Source: Gemmatimonadaceae bacterium
GTDB lineage: Bacteria > Gemmatimonadota > Gemmatimonadetes > Gemmatimonadales > Gemmatimonadaceae
Direction: 5' to 3'
Assembly: GCA_040902005.1 (NCBI GenBank)
Contig: JBBDYA010000090.1
Coordinates: forward strand, 1-20,472
DNA length: 20,472 nucleotides
The notes below the pieces were generated by a model. That model did not search any database. It was given only the letters and a program-made list of their open reading frames with translations, and was not told where the DNA came from. Below are positions 1 through 8,930 of this stretch, one piece after another. Position 1 is the stretch's first letter. Every line of letters begins with the position of its first letter. The translations under genes and the position numbers were made by a program.

Positions 1-53
1 CCCGCGACATCAAGCTTGGAAGGCTTGCGCTCTACCAGCTGAGCTACTCCCGC
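1..53 (-). tRNA. tRNA-Gly(TCC), 3' end cut off by window edge
   Basis: Minus strand from 53 reads GCGGGAGTAGCTCAGCTGGTAGAGCGCAAGC-CT-TCC-AA-GCTTGATGTCGCGGG: canonical D-arm and anticodon stem CAAGC/GCTTG with anticodon TCC. Confidence 0.95.
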
Positions 54-105
54 GACGCAATTCATTTCTCCTGATGCCGGCACCGCCTCGAAGCTCCCTC
101 ACGAA

Positions 106-188
106 TGGTGGGGGAAGGATTCGAACCTTCGAAGGCGTGAGCCGGCAGATTTACAGTCTGCTCCCGTTGGCCACTTGGGTACCCCACC
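106..188 (-). tRNA. tRNA-Tyr(GTA)
   Basis: Minus strand GGTGGGGTACCCAAGTGGCCAACGGGAGCAGA-CT-GTA-AA-TCTGCCGGCTCACGCCTTCGAAGGTTCGAATCCTTCCCCCACC-A: acceptor GGTGGGG/CCCCACC, long variable arm, GGTTCGAATCC T-arm, discriminator A. Confidence 0.97.
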
Positions 189-315
189 GAAAAAGCAGCG
201 TGTCAGCCGACGGCATGCCCGTCTTTCCCCGACGCGCCACGCCGCTCGGCCGACAAGCGGATTCTGTCTCGCATTAATGCCCGGACGCAGACGCGACCCT
301 GACGCGCAGATCGAG

Positions 316-388
316 AGCTGACGGTGGGAATCGAACCCACGACCTGCCGCTTACAAGGCGGCTGCTCTGCCATCTGAGCTACGTCAGC
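316..388 (-). tRNA. tRNA-Thr(TGT)
   Basis: Minus strand GCTGACGTAGCTCAGATGGCAGAGCAGCCGC-CT-TGT-AA-GCGGCAGGTCGTGGGTTCGATTCCCACCGTCAGC-T: full cloverleaf with anticodon TGT. Thr-Tyr-Gly order matches the thrU-tyrU-glyT(-thrT-tuf) cluster. Confidence 0.97.
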
Positions 389-416
389 GACAGTAGGTCA
401 TTTTTGCGAGACTCTT

Positions 417-445
417 AGGATAGCCAGCGCCAAAAAGTGTGTCAA
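417..445 (-). promoter_or_regulatory. sigma70-type promoter of the tRNA cluster
   Basis: Minus strand TTGACA (445-440), 17-nt spacer, TATCCT (422-417); about 28 nt upstream of the tRNA-Thr 5' end. Confidence 0.85.
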
Positions 446-464
446 GGCGCGGTGGATGGCGAAG

Positions 465-1910
465 TTAGCTCGTCCCGCCCGGTCCCACGATTCTCCACTT
501 CGTTCCTCCGCCCGCGTCTTCCACCGCCACCCCGCGGCCTGACAATTCGGCACGAATGCGGTCCGCTTCCGCAAAGTCCCCTCGACTCCGGGCCGCCCGT
601 CTGGCCTCGATCCGTTCTTCGACCCAGCTGGCAAGCTCCGCCGTGGCGCTCTCGCGATCCGGAACGATGTCCAGGACACCGTTCATCGAGGCGAACGCGG
701 CCCGAGCCCGGTGCAGCGCCTCAGGGTCCGAGCCCCGCTGGTCAAGCTCCCGATTGGCGGCCTTGATGAACGTGAACAGCGCCGCCTGCGCCTCCGGGCC
801 TCCCAGATCGTCGAAGAGGGCCGACCGAAAGGCCGATTCCGCCACATCGGCTGCCGCTGCCAAGGCGGCGGTGCCCGCAGTCGCGCCCTCCAGCCGCTCC
901 GCGAACTCGCCGACCCGGCGCACGGCCTCTGTGGACGCCTCGAGCGCCTCCTCAGAGAGGTTCAACTCCTTGCGGTAGTGCGTGGTGAAGACGAAATGGC
1001 GGATGGCCGCGGCTGAAAACCGTTGCGCGCGAAGGGCTTGCACCGTTGCAACGTTCCCGAGACGCTTGGCCATCTTCGCCCCGTCCGTGAGTAGAAACGC
1101 GCCGTGGCACCAGCAACTGGCGAATGGCTTCCCCGTCGCTGCCTCCGACTGCGCGATTTCGTCCTCGTGGTGGGGAAAGACCAGGTCGATGCCACCCGTG
1201 TGGATGTCGAGCGTTTCGCCCAGGAGGTCCATCGCCATGGCCGAGCACTCCAGGTGCCATCCCGGACGGCCGCGTCCCCACGGCGAATCCCACGCGGCGC
1301 CAGTCTGCTCGTCCTCCGGCTTCGCCGCCTTCCAGAGCGCGAAGTCCTGCGCGTTCTCCTTGCTGTAGTCGTCCTGCGCCACGCGGGCGCCCGCGCGCAC
1401 CTCGCGCGTGTCCAGCCGCGACAGCCGGCCGTATTGCGAGAACCGGCCGATGGCGAAATAGACGGAGCCGTCATCGGCAAGGTAGGCAACCTCCCGCTCC
1501 ATCAGGCGCCGCACGAGCGCGATCATCTGCGGGATGAAATCGGTGGCCCTGGGATACTGCTCGGCAGGCTCGATGCGCAGGTAGTCCCGGTCCGCGAAGA
1601 AGATGTCGGTGACCGGTCCCGTGATCGCGCGAATGTCCTTCTGCTGCTCCACCGCGCGCTTGATGATCTTGTCGTCCACGTCGGTCAGGTTCATCACCTG
1701 ACGCACGCCCCACCCGCGCATCCGGAGCGCGCGACGCAGCAGGTCATTGAACAGGAAGGTCCGGAAGTTTCCGAGGTGCGCGGGGTTGTACACGGTGGGA
1801 CCGCAGCTGTACATGCGCACCGTGGAGCCGTCGGCGGGGGCAAACGGCTCCACGCGCCGCGTCATCGTGTTGAAGAGACGGAATTCGCCGTCGCTGGTCG
1901 TCGCCGCCAT
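465..1910 (-). CDS. cysS: Cysteine--tRNA ligase
   Basis: YSCGPTVY..HLGN (HIGH-like), MNLTDVDDKII, DFALWK, SPWGRGRPGWHLECSAM, DIHTGGIDLVFPHHEDE, KMAKR (KMSKS-like), C-terminal anticodon-binding helices (DFAEADRIRAEL). Confidence 0.98.
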   Translation of the reverse strand: MAATTSDGEFRLFNTMTRRVEPFAPADGSTVRMYSCGPTVYNPAHLGNFRTFLFNDLLRRALRMRGWGVRQVMNLTDVDDKIIKRAVEQQKDIRAITGPVTDIFFADRDYLRIEPAEQYPRATDFIPQMIALVRRLMEREVAYLADDGSVYFAIGRFSQYGRLSRLDTREVRAGARVAQDDYSKENAQDFALWKAAKPEDEQTGAAWDSPWGRGRPGWHLECSAMAMDLLGETLDIHTGGIDLVFPHHEDEIAQSEAATGKPFASCWCHGAFLLTDGAKMAKRLGNVATVQALRAQRFSAAAIRHFVFTTHYRKELNLSEEALEASTEAVRRVGEFAERLEGATAGTAALAAAADVAESAFRSALFDDLGGPEAQAALFTFIKAANRELDQRGSDPEALHRARAAFASMNGVLDIVPDRESATAELASWVEERIEARRAARSRGDFAEADRIRAELSGRGVAVEDAGGGTKWRIVGPGGTS

Positions 1911-1913
1911 GGA

Positions 1914-3110
1914 TCAACCTACCGCGTGGACGCGCCGCTCCGCGAATGAGATCACGTCGATCGGCTCTGGTGGCACCAGCACCCCACCGCCCGGCGCGGG
2001 CACGCGCAACACGAGCGGACGTTCCCGCGTGGTGCGGCGGAATCCCTGTCCCTCGTAGATGCGGGTGATCAGGATGCGACGCACGATCACCAGGACGGAC
2101 GCCAGTGTCGGCACGGCGACGATGAGTCCCATGGGACCAAGCAGCGTTCCCATGACGAGCACCGACATGATGGAGAGCACGGGGGGCATGTCCACCTTTC
2201 TGGACATGAGCAGGGGGAGCACCACGTTGCTCTCGACGAGGTGGATGACGACGCCGAGAAGGATGACGAGCATGCTGTGTCCGAACGGACCGAATCCCCA
2301 GATCCCCACGCCATTGAGCACGAAGAGCGCGGGGAGGACGGTGGAGACGAGCGTGCCGAAGAACGGCACGATGGCCACGATTCCGGTGAACACGCCGAAC
2401 GGCAGCCAGAAGGGCACCTGGAGCGCGTACAGACCGAGCGCCGTGAGCGCGGCCAGCACGAACATGCCAATGAGCATGCCGACGATCCACGAGCGGAGCG
2501 TCCCGCCGAGGTCGCCGAGGACGTCGCGAACCAGGTCACGATGGATCGGCGGGAAGAGCGCGATCAGCCATTCGCGGTACAGGGCGGGGTGCAGGGAGAG
2601 GTAGATCCCCATGACCGCCACCGCGAACACGTTGATGGCGCCGTGAATGAGTCCGAATGCCCGCGGCACCACGTCGCCGACCGTGCCGGCCAGCCGGTCG
2701 TAGACTGCGCGGAGGATGCGATGATCACCGGGACCGACGATGTCCCGGAGCGCGGGGTACTGCGCCATCGCCCCCTCGAGGCTGCGTTCCCAGCCGGCGA
2801 TGTAGTCCGGCAGCACGGTGAAGAGCTGCTGGGTCTGGTCGACCACGGGCGGCACCAGGACCCAGACCAGGCCGACGAGCGCCGCGACGCTCGAGAGCAG
2901 CGCGGCAACGTACGAGAAGGGGTCCGGGAGTCGCAGCCGGCGCTCGAGCAGCGCCGCAAGCGCGCGCAGGTACAGCGCGATGAGGACACCCAGGAGCAGC
3001 AGGACAAAAATCTGCGCGGCGGTCTTGACGAGGAGCAGCAGCAGAACCGTCAGGACCGTCGCCGTCAGGATCGGCGCAAACCTGAAGCGCCGGAGTGTCT
3101 CAGCGATCAA
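1914..3110 (-). CDS. AI-2E family (PerM/YhhT-like) transporter
   Basis: Multi-TM hydrophobic protein with IVPFFG, ESNVVLPLLMSRKVDMPPVLSI and GPMGLIVAVP motifs typical of AI-2E. TTG start overlaps the pspA TGA (TTGA). Confidence 0.9.
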   Translation of the reverse strand: MIAETLRRFRFAPILTATVLTVLLLLLVKTAAQIFVLLLLGVLIALYLRALAALLERRLRLPDPFSYVAALLSSVAALVGLVWVLVPPVVDQTQQLFTVLPDYIAGWERSLEGAMAQYPALRDIVGPGDHRILRAVYDRLAGTVGDVVPRAFGLIHGAINVFAVAVMGIYLSLHPALYREWLIALFPPIHRDLVRDVLGDLGGTLRSWIVGMLIGMFVLAALTALGLYALQVPFWLPFGVFTGIVAIVPFFGTLVSTVLPALFVLNGVGIWGFGPFGHSMLVILLGVVIHLVESNVVLPLLMSRKVDMPPVLSIMSVLVMGTLLGPMGLIVAVPTLASVLVIVRRILITRIYEGQGFRRTTRERPLVLRVPAPGGGVLVPPEPIDVISFAERRVHAVG

Positions 3111-3898
3111 CGCGATTTCTTCGGGTCAGGGATGTCCTCGACGTCGGCGTTCACCGTCTCCGCGTCACGCGACTTGCCCGCGCCGAGCTGGCCACGCGTA
3201 CCGGAGGAACCTGCCGGCAGCACGCCCATCTTCTGCTTGAGCTCGAGCAGCCGGTCGTCCACCGCGGCGCCCGTGGCGCTCTGCTCCAGCCGCTTGAAGT
3301 CCTGCTGGAGCCGGTCCCCGGTGAACTCCTCCTCGATCTCGACCGACGCCTTCAGCTGGCGTTCGTTGGTTTCGATGCGCTCTTCCATGCGCGCGAACGC
3401 CTCGAAGGCGGATTTCTCCGACATCGACGACATGGTCTCGTGGATGCGCTGCTGCGCCTGCGCCCGGCGTTGCCGAGCGATGAGCAGGTTCTTCTTGCGC
3501 TTGGCTTCCTCGATCTTGTCGTTGAGGTCGCGCAGCGACGCCTTGAGCTTCTCGGTCTCCGACCGGTGGGACTCCCACGTCTGCTCCAGCTGGTTGGCGT
3601 GCATCTCGTGTTCGCTCTGGCGCACGAGCGCCTGCTTCGCGAGATCGTCGCGATTCTCCTTCACCGCGAGCACCGCGCGCTGCTGCCACTCCTGCGACTG
3701 CTTGTACTCGCCATCCGCCTGGTCGCGCAGCCGCTTCTCGTCCGCGATCGCCGCGGCAACCTGCTGCTTGGCCTTGGCCAGCTGGCCGCGCATGTCCACC
3801 AGGATCTGGTTCAGCATCTTTTCCGGATCTTCCGACCGGGAAATCAGATCGTTGATGTTCGAGCGCAGCAGCGCCGACAGCCTGTCGAGAATGCCCAT
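3107..3898 (-). CDS. pspA: PspA/IM30 (ESCRT-III-like) family protein
   Basis: MGILDRLSALLRSNINDLISRSEDPEKMLNQILVDM N-terminus, A..A....RDDLAKQAL, long coiled coil, AFEAFARMEERI; short extra C-terminal tail. Confidence 0.95.
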   Translation of the reverse strand: MGILDRLSALLRSNINDLISRSEDPEKMLNQILVDMRGQLAKAKQQVAAAIADEKRLRDQADGEYKQSQEWQQRAVLAVKENRDDLAKQALVRQSEHEMHANQLEQTWESHRSETEKLKASLRDLNDKIEEAKRKKNLLIARQRRAQAQQRIHETMSSMSEKSAFEAFARMEERIETNERQLKASVEIEEEFTGDRLQQDFKRLEQSATGAAVDDRLLELKQKMGVLPAGSSGTRGQLGAGKSRDAETVNADVEDIPDPKKSR

Positions 3899-3900
3899 GA

Positions 3901-4305
3901 TCAGCGTCCCCCGCGGAACGAACCAATTTCGCGCAGGTGCGAAGCCAGCGCGAGCGTCATGCTCTCATACGCCACGAGGAATTCCTCGAAGTCCAGGTGG
4001 GTCAATTCGAGCGCTTCGGTGAGGACGATGTCATTCTGCTCGATGCCGTAGGAGCCATGCACCATGTCTGACGCGTTCAGCTCCAGCAATCGCCGGCTGA
4101 GCGTCGCAAGCTTTCCCTTCTCCTTGGGCAGCTCCATCACCTTGACGCGGAGGATGGCGACCGGCGGCGAGTAATGCACGACGACCGTGAAATCGAGTTC
4201 CCCGCTCGGCTTCACCGCCCAGAGCCCGGGTTCGATCTCGCTGTAGGAGCCGCCCTCGGCCGCAATGCGGTCGAGAAAGCCCTCGATGTCTTCTCTGGTG
4301 ACCAT
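3901..4305 (-). CDS. YbjN/CesT (type III chaperone-like) family protein
   Basis: 134 aa acidic protein with RRLLELNASDMVHGSYGI..DIVL....L..LDFEEF pattern typical of the CesT/YbjN fold; GGGGA SD-like sequence before the ATG; ends 2 nt before pspA. Confidence 0.75.
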   Translation of the reverse strand: MVTREDIEGFLDRIAAEGGSYSEIEPGLWAVKPSGELDFTVVVHYSPPVAILRVKVMELPKEKGKLATLSRRLLELNASDMVHGSYGIEQNDIVLTEALELTHLDFEEFLVAYESMTLALASHLREIGSFRGGR

Positions 4306-4336
4306 GTCCCCGATCCGTCGTGGCGTCTGGTGAACC

Positions 4337-4362
4337 TACGGTGTGGCGCGGCCGGCGTTTCA
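4337..4362 (-). promoter_or_regulatory. Putative ECF-sigma (sigmaW-like) promoter for the YbjN-pspA-AI-2E unit
   Basis: Minus strand TGAAAC (4362-4357), 16-nt spacer GCCGGCCGCGCCACAC, CGTA (4340-4337); about 30 nt upstream of the ATG at 4305. Confidence 0.6.
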
Positions 4363-4424
4363 CCGGTGAAGCTAGGAATGCCGTGGCCCAGCGGCTAGGG
4401 ATTGGCCCGGCCGCTTCGGCTTCC

Positions 4425-5303
4425 CTACCCTCGCTTGATCTGCACCAGCCGCTCCCGGGCCAGCTTCCGCCCGGTCGGCGTCGCCGCCAGGCCGCCACCC
4501 GCGGTCTCGCGATAGCGCACGTCCATCTCGCGGCCGATCTCACCCATGGTGTCGATGACCTCGTCCGCCGGAATCGCGAAGGTGATGCCGGCCAGCGCCA
4601 TCTCGATGGCGGCAAGGGCGATCGCGGCCCCGGTCGCATTGCGAAAGACGCACGGGAGTTCGACCAGGCCGCCGAGGGGGTCGCAGACGAGTCCGAGCGT
4701 TCCCTGCTGCGCGAGGGCGACGGCGTGCCCCACCTGGGCGGGCGTGCCCCCCAGCATTTCGGTGCCCGCGCCGGCTGCCATGCCCGCCGCCGCGCCTGTT
4801 TCCGCCTGACATCCACCTTCGGCACCAGACAGCGACGCCCGGACCGCAACGACCGCCCCGATCAGACCGGCGGTGGCGAGTGCGTCCACCAACTGCTCGT
4901 CGTCCAGCCCGCGCGCGTCCGCGAGGCCGGTGAGCACCGCGGGCAGGACGCCGGCGCCGCCGGCCGTGGGTGCGGCGACGATCACGCCCATGGCCGCGTT
5001 GATTTCCTGGACCGCCAGCGCGCGCGCCAGGACGTCGCGAAATGGCGTGCCGGCCAGTGGACCGGGCGGTCCGTGCAGCAGCTTCGCCGCGTCCCCGCCC
5101 ACCAGTCCCGACGCCGACCTGAACTCGCCGGTGAGTCCCTGCGCGATCGCCCCGCGCATCACGTCGAGCGCGCGCTGGAGCGCGTCCCGGATCTCCCCGA
5201 CGGGACGGCCCTGGTCCTTCGCCTCCAGCTCGAGCGCGAGGCGGGCGAGCGAGATCTTCCGCGCTTCCGCGTCGCGAATGGCCTCGCGCAGCGACGTGTA
5301 CAT
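4425..5303 (-). CDS. sdaAA: L-serine dehydratase, Fe-S dependent, alpha subunit
   Basis: EINAAMGVIVAAPTAGGAGVLP, SGAEGGCQAE, LGLVCDP.GGLVELPCVFRN (three Fe-S Cys), RETAGGGLA.TPT. Confidence 0.95.
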   Translation of the reverse strand: MYTSLREAIRDAEARKISLARLALELEAKDQGRPVGEIRDALQRALDVMRGAIAQGLTGEFRSASGLVGGDAAKLLHGPPGPLAGTPFRDVLARALAVQEINAAMGVIVAAPTAGGAGVLPAVLTGLADARGLDDEQLVDALATAGLIGAVVAVRASLSGAEGGCQAETGAAAGMAAGAGTEMLGGTPAQVGHAVALAQQGTLGLVCDPLGGLVELPCVFRNATGAAIALAAIEMALAGITFAIPADEVIDTMGEIGREMDVRYRETAGGGLAATPTGRKLARERLVQIKRG

Positions 5304-5304
5304 G

Positions 5305-5976
5305 TCAGCCGCTCACCCGATCGAGCCGGTGCGCCCACCGTACCCAGGACAGGGCGCGAATGTCGTCGCGCGCCTTGTCGTCGGGCGCCTCGTCCAGCTC
5401 GATCACCATGAAGGCATCGCCGCCGCGTTCTTTCCGCGTGAGGCGCAACGTGGCGATGTTGAGACCATCGTCCGCCAGGATGGCCGCGATGCGCGCGATG
5501 GAGCCCTTCACATCTTCGGCGACCAGCACGATGGCGTGGTACGCACCGTGGATCTCCACGGGGAACCCATCGATCTCACTCACGAGCACCCGGCCGGCGC
5601 CCAGCGACGAGCCGAGCATCACGACCTGGCGATCGCCGCGCTCCACGGTCACGCGCACGCTGTTCGGATGGAGCGTTTCGTCGCCCAGTTTCGTTTTCTC
5701 GAAGGTGTAGGCCAGCCCCTCGCGCTCGGCGATGTCGAGCGCGGTCCGCAGGCGCTCGTCGTCCGGCCGGAAGCCCATCAGGCCGCCGGCAATCGCCTTG
5801 TCGGTGCCATGGCCCTCGCCCGTGCGGGCAAAGGAGCCGTGCAGCTCGATGCGGGCACGCTGCGGCGTTCCGTCAACCAGATTGCGCGCCAGTAGCCCGA
5901 GCCGGCAGGCGCCAGCCGTGTGCGATGACGACGGGCCCACCATGACCGGCCCGATGATGTCGAGCAGGGAGACCAT
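5305..5976 (-). CDS. sdaAB: L-serine dehydratase, Fe-S dependent, beta subunit (C-terminal ACT-like domain)
   Basis: DIIGPVMVGPSSSHTAGA, LHGSFARTGEGHGTD.A..GGL.G, HPNSV, SSLGAG; C-terminal ACT-like D.KGSIARIAAILA..GLNIA. Confidence 0.95.
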   Translation of the reverse strand: MVSLLDIIGPVMVGPSSSHTAGACRLGLLARNLVDGTPQRARIELHGSFARTGEGHGTDKAIAGGLMGFRPDDERLRTALDIAEREGLAYTFEKTKLGDETLHPNSVRVTVERGDRQVVMLGSSLGAGRVLVSEIDGFPVEIHGAYHAIVLVAEDVKGSIARIAAILADDGLNIATLRLTRKERGGDAFMVIELDEAPDDKARDDIRALSWVRWAHRLDRVSG

Positions 5977-5985
5977 GGCTGGAAG

Positions 5986-8829
5986 CTATCCTGCCTTGCG
6001 CTTGCCCGGCCGCAGCTTCCTGAACAGGGGCTGGAGGTACCTGCCCGTGTATGAGGCCTCCACGGATGCTACGTCTTCCGGCGTTCCGGCGGCGACGATG
6101 GTACCTCCGCGAACGCCCCCCTCGGGGCCCAGATCGATGATCCAGTCAGCGGTCTTGATGACGTCGATGTTGTGCTCGATGACGAGCACGGTGTTGCCGC
6201 GGTCCACCAGGCGGTGCAGCACCTCCAGCAGCAGCCGCACGTCCTCGAAGTGCAGTCCGGTCGTGGGCTCGTCCAGTATATAGAAGGTACGGCCCGTATC
6301 GCGCTTGGACAGTTCCGTGGCGAGCTTCACTCGCTGCGCCTCCCCACCGGAGAGCGTGGTGGCGCTCTGGCCCAGGTGGATGTAGCCGAGCCCGACGTCG
6401 TTGAGCGTGGCCAGCTTCTGGCGGATGCGCGGCTGATTCTCGAAGAACGCCAGGGCATCCTCCACCGTGAGCTCGAGGACTTCACTGATGCTCAACCCCC
6501 GGAACCGCACCTCGAGCGTCTCGCGGTTGTAGCGCTTTCCCTTGCACACCTCGCACGGCACGTAGACGTCCGGGAGGAAATGCATCTCGATCTTCACGAG
6601 TCCGTCGCCCTGGCACGCCTCGCAGCGCCCACCCTTCACATTGAACGAGAACCGCCCGGGCCCGTAGCCGCGGATCTTCGCGTCCGGCAGCTCGGCGAAC
6701 AACTCGCGAATCGGAGTGAACAGGCCGGTGTACGTCGCCGGGTTGGAGCGGGGCGTGCGGCCGATGGGACTCTGGTCGATGTCGATCACCTTGTCGATGT
6801 GCTCGAAGCCGGTGATTCGCGTGTACGCCCCGGGAATGACACGTGCCCGATAGAAATGCCGCGCCAGCGCGCGGTGGAGGATGTCCTCGATGAGCGTGGA
6901 CTTTCCCGAGCCGGACACCCCCGTGACAGCGACGAACACGCCGAGTGGAATGGCGACGTCCAGCGACTGGAGATTGTGTTCGCGGGCGCCCTCCACGCGA
7001 ATCATCCGCCGCTGGTCGCCCGTTCGCCGCGTGCGCGGAATCGGAATGGACTTTTCCCCGGACAGATACCGCCCCGTCAGGGAGTCGGGCGCGGCGATGA
7101 TGTCGTCGACGGTGCCGGTGGCGATCACGTGACCGCCGTGCTTGCCGGCGCCGGGACCGAGGTCCACCACGTAGTCCGCCGCGCGAATGGTTTCCTCGTC
7201 GTGCTCCACGACGATCACCGTGTTGCCCAGATCGCGCAGCTGCTCCAGGGTGGCGAGCAGCCGCGCGTTGTCGCGCTGGTGCAGGCCGATGGAGGGTTCA
7301 TCCAGGATGTACAACACGCCCACGAGGCGCGAGCCGATCTGTGTGGCGAGCCGGATACGCTGCGCCTCACCGCCGCTGAGCGATTCCGCGGACCGGCCGA
7401 GCGTGAGGTACTCGAGGCCCACGTCGGAGAGAAACTGGAGGCGCTCCCGGACTTCCTTGAGGATCGGCGCGGCGATGTCGGGATCGAGGCCGGGCCGCCC
7501 CTTGCCGCGCACCGGAACGCTCATGAAGAAGGTGAGCGCATCGGCGATCGGCTTCTCCACAATGGCCCCGATGTTGAGTCCCGCGATCGTCACCGCGAGC
7601 GCCTCGGGTTTCAGTCGGCGTCCGGCGCATTCGTCGCACGGCACGACCAGCATGTAGTCCTCGAGCTCCATGCGCACCGAGTCCGACGCACTCTCCGAAT
7701 AGCGTCGTTCGATGTTGGCGAGCACGCCCTCCCAGATCGACTGGTCCTTCTTCTTCGCGCCGGCGGGCCGGGGGTCGCCGTGCAGGATGGAGTGCCGCAC
7801 CGAGGCCGACAACGCTCCCCACGGGGCGTTGAGGTCGAACTGGTATTGCCGCGCGAGCGCGGGCAGCACCACCTTGCGCAGATATCCGCTCGGCTCACCC
7901 CAGGGGATGATCACGCCCTCCAGAAGCGAAATGCGCGGGTCGCCAAGAATGAGTTCCTCGCTCACGCGGCGCCGCGTCCCCAGTCCGCCGCAGGCGGCAC
8001 AGGCGCCAAAGGGCGAGTTGAAGGAGAAGTGCCGCGGCTCCAGTTCCGGCATCGAGATGCCGCACACCGGGCAGCCGTACTTCTCCGAGAACATCTCGGG
8101 AGATCCGGTGTCTGCGTTCACCACCTGGACCAGCCCCTCCGCGAGCTTCAGTCCGGTCTCGATGGAATCCACGAGACGGGCACGGTCCTCCGCGCGCACC
8201 ACCAGGCGGTCCACGACGACGGAGATCGAGTGGTTCTGGCGGCGGTTCAGCTTCGGCGGATGCGCGACCTCGGCGAGCTCCCCATCGACGTACGCGCGGA
8301 TGAATCCCTGCTTCCGCACCGATTCGAACAGGTCGCGGAACTCGCCCTTTCGTCCCTGGACGAGCGGCGCGCGCACCTCGATGCGTGTGCCGGGTTCCCA
8401 TGCCAGCACGATCTCGGCGATCTGCGCCGCGCTCTGGCGCTGTACGGGGCGGCTGCAGTTGGGGCAGTGTGGGGTGCCCGCGCGCGCAAACAGGAGGCGC
8501 AGGTAGTCGTAGATCTCGGTGACCGTCCCCACGGTCGATCGCGGGTTGTGCCCCGCCGTCTTCTGCTCGATGGAGATCGCGGGCGACAGGCCCTCGATCA
8601 GGTCCACGTCGGGCTTTTCCATCAAGCCGAGGAACTGGCGCGCGTAGGCGGACAACGATTCCACGTATCGGCGCTGCCCTTCCGCGTAGATCGTATCGAA
8701 CGCCAGGGACGATTTGCCGGATCCCGAAAGCCCGGTGATGACCGTGAGCTTGTCGCGCGGGATCGTGACGTCGATGTTCTTGAGGTTGTGCTCCCGGGCG
8801 CCCCGGATGAACAGCGCATCTTCTGCCAT
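5986..8829 (-). CDS. uvrA: Excinuclease ABC subunit A
   Basis: [24 protein letters not shown], Zn fingers, [12 protein letters not shown], second [12 protein letters not shown] and [12 protein letters not shown]. Start trimmed from 8865 to the ATG at 8829 ([10 protein letters not shown]) to match normal UvrA N-termini. Confidence 0.98.
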   Translation of the reverse strand: MAEDALFIRGAREHNLKNIDVTIPRDKLTVITGLSGSGKSSLAFDTIYAEGQRRYVESLSAYARQFLGLMEKPDVDLIEGLSPAISIEQKTAGHNPRSTVGTVTEIYDYLRLLFARAGTPHCPNCSRPVQRQSAAQIAEIVLAWEPGTRIEVRAPLVQGRKGEFRDLFESVRKQGFIRAYVDGELAEVAHPPKLNRRQNHSISVVVDRLVVRAEDRARLVDSIETGLKLAEGLVQVVNADTGSPEMFSEKYGCPVCGISMPELEPRHFSFNSPFGACAACGGLGTRRRVSEELILGDPRISLLEGVIIPWGEPSGYLRKVVLPALARQYQFDLNAPWGALSASVRHSILHGDPRPAGAKKKDQSIWEGVLANIERRYSESASDSVRMELEDYMLVVPCDECAGRRLKPEALAVTIAGLNIGAIVEKPIADALTFFMSVPVRGKGRPGLDPDIAAPILKEVRERLQFLSDVGLEYLTLGRSAESLSGGEAQRIRLATQIGSRLVGVLYILDEPSIGLHQRDNARLLATLEQLRDLGNTVIVVEHDEETIRAADYVVDLGPGAGKHGGHVIATGTVDDIIAAPDSLTGRYLSGEKSIPIPRTRRTGDQRRMIRVEGAREHNLQSLDVAIPLGVFVAVTGVSGSGKSTLIEDILHRALARHFYRARVIPGAYTRITGFEHIDKVIDIDQSPIGRTPRSNPATYTGLFTPIRELFAELPDAKIRGYGPGRFSFNVKGGRCEACQGDGLVKIEMHFLPDVYVPCEVCKGKRYNRETLEVRFRGLSISEVLELTVEDALAFFENQPRIRQKLATLNDVGLGYIHLGQSATTLSGGEAQRVKLATELSKRDTGRTFYILDEPTTGLHFEDVRLLLEVLHRLVDRGNTVLVIEHNIDVIKTADWIIDLGPEGGVRGGTIVAAGTPEDVASVEASYTGRYLQPLFRKLRPGKRKAG

Positions 8830-8930
8830 AGCCTGAGTAAGCTGGACGGGGTACCGGGGGGACACAACCCGCGCAGTCCGGACGTTAGATTAGACCGTCC
8901 CCTCCCAACGGCTCCCCCGCCTCGCCGCAC

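Noticed and set aside
74..277. 67-aa ORF
   Set aside because: Antisense to tRNA-Tyr; spurious.
189..315. tRNA spacer with palindrome GCATTAATGC (271-280), a short GACGG/CCGTC hairpin and GACGC repeats
   Set aside because: Too short to call an ncRNA, att site or repeat family; no integrase or duplicated tRNA 3' end in the window.
8830..8930. Possible LexA/SOS box in the uvrA-cutA divergent region
   Set aside because: No match to the CTGT-N8-ACAG, GAAC-N4-GTTC or GTTC-N7-GTTC boxes. TAGATT at 8886-8891 may be a -10 but has no convincing -35.
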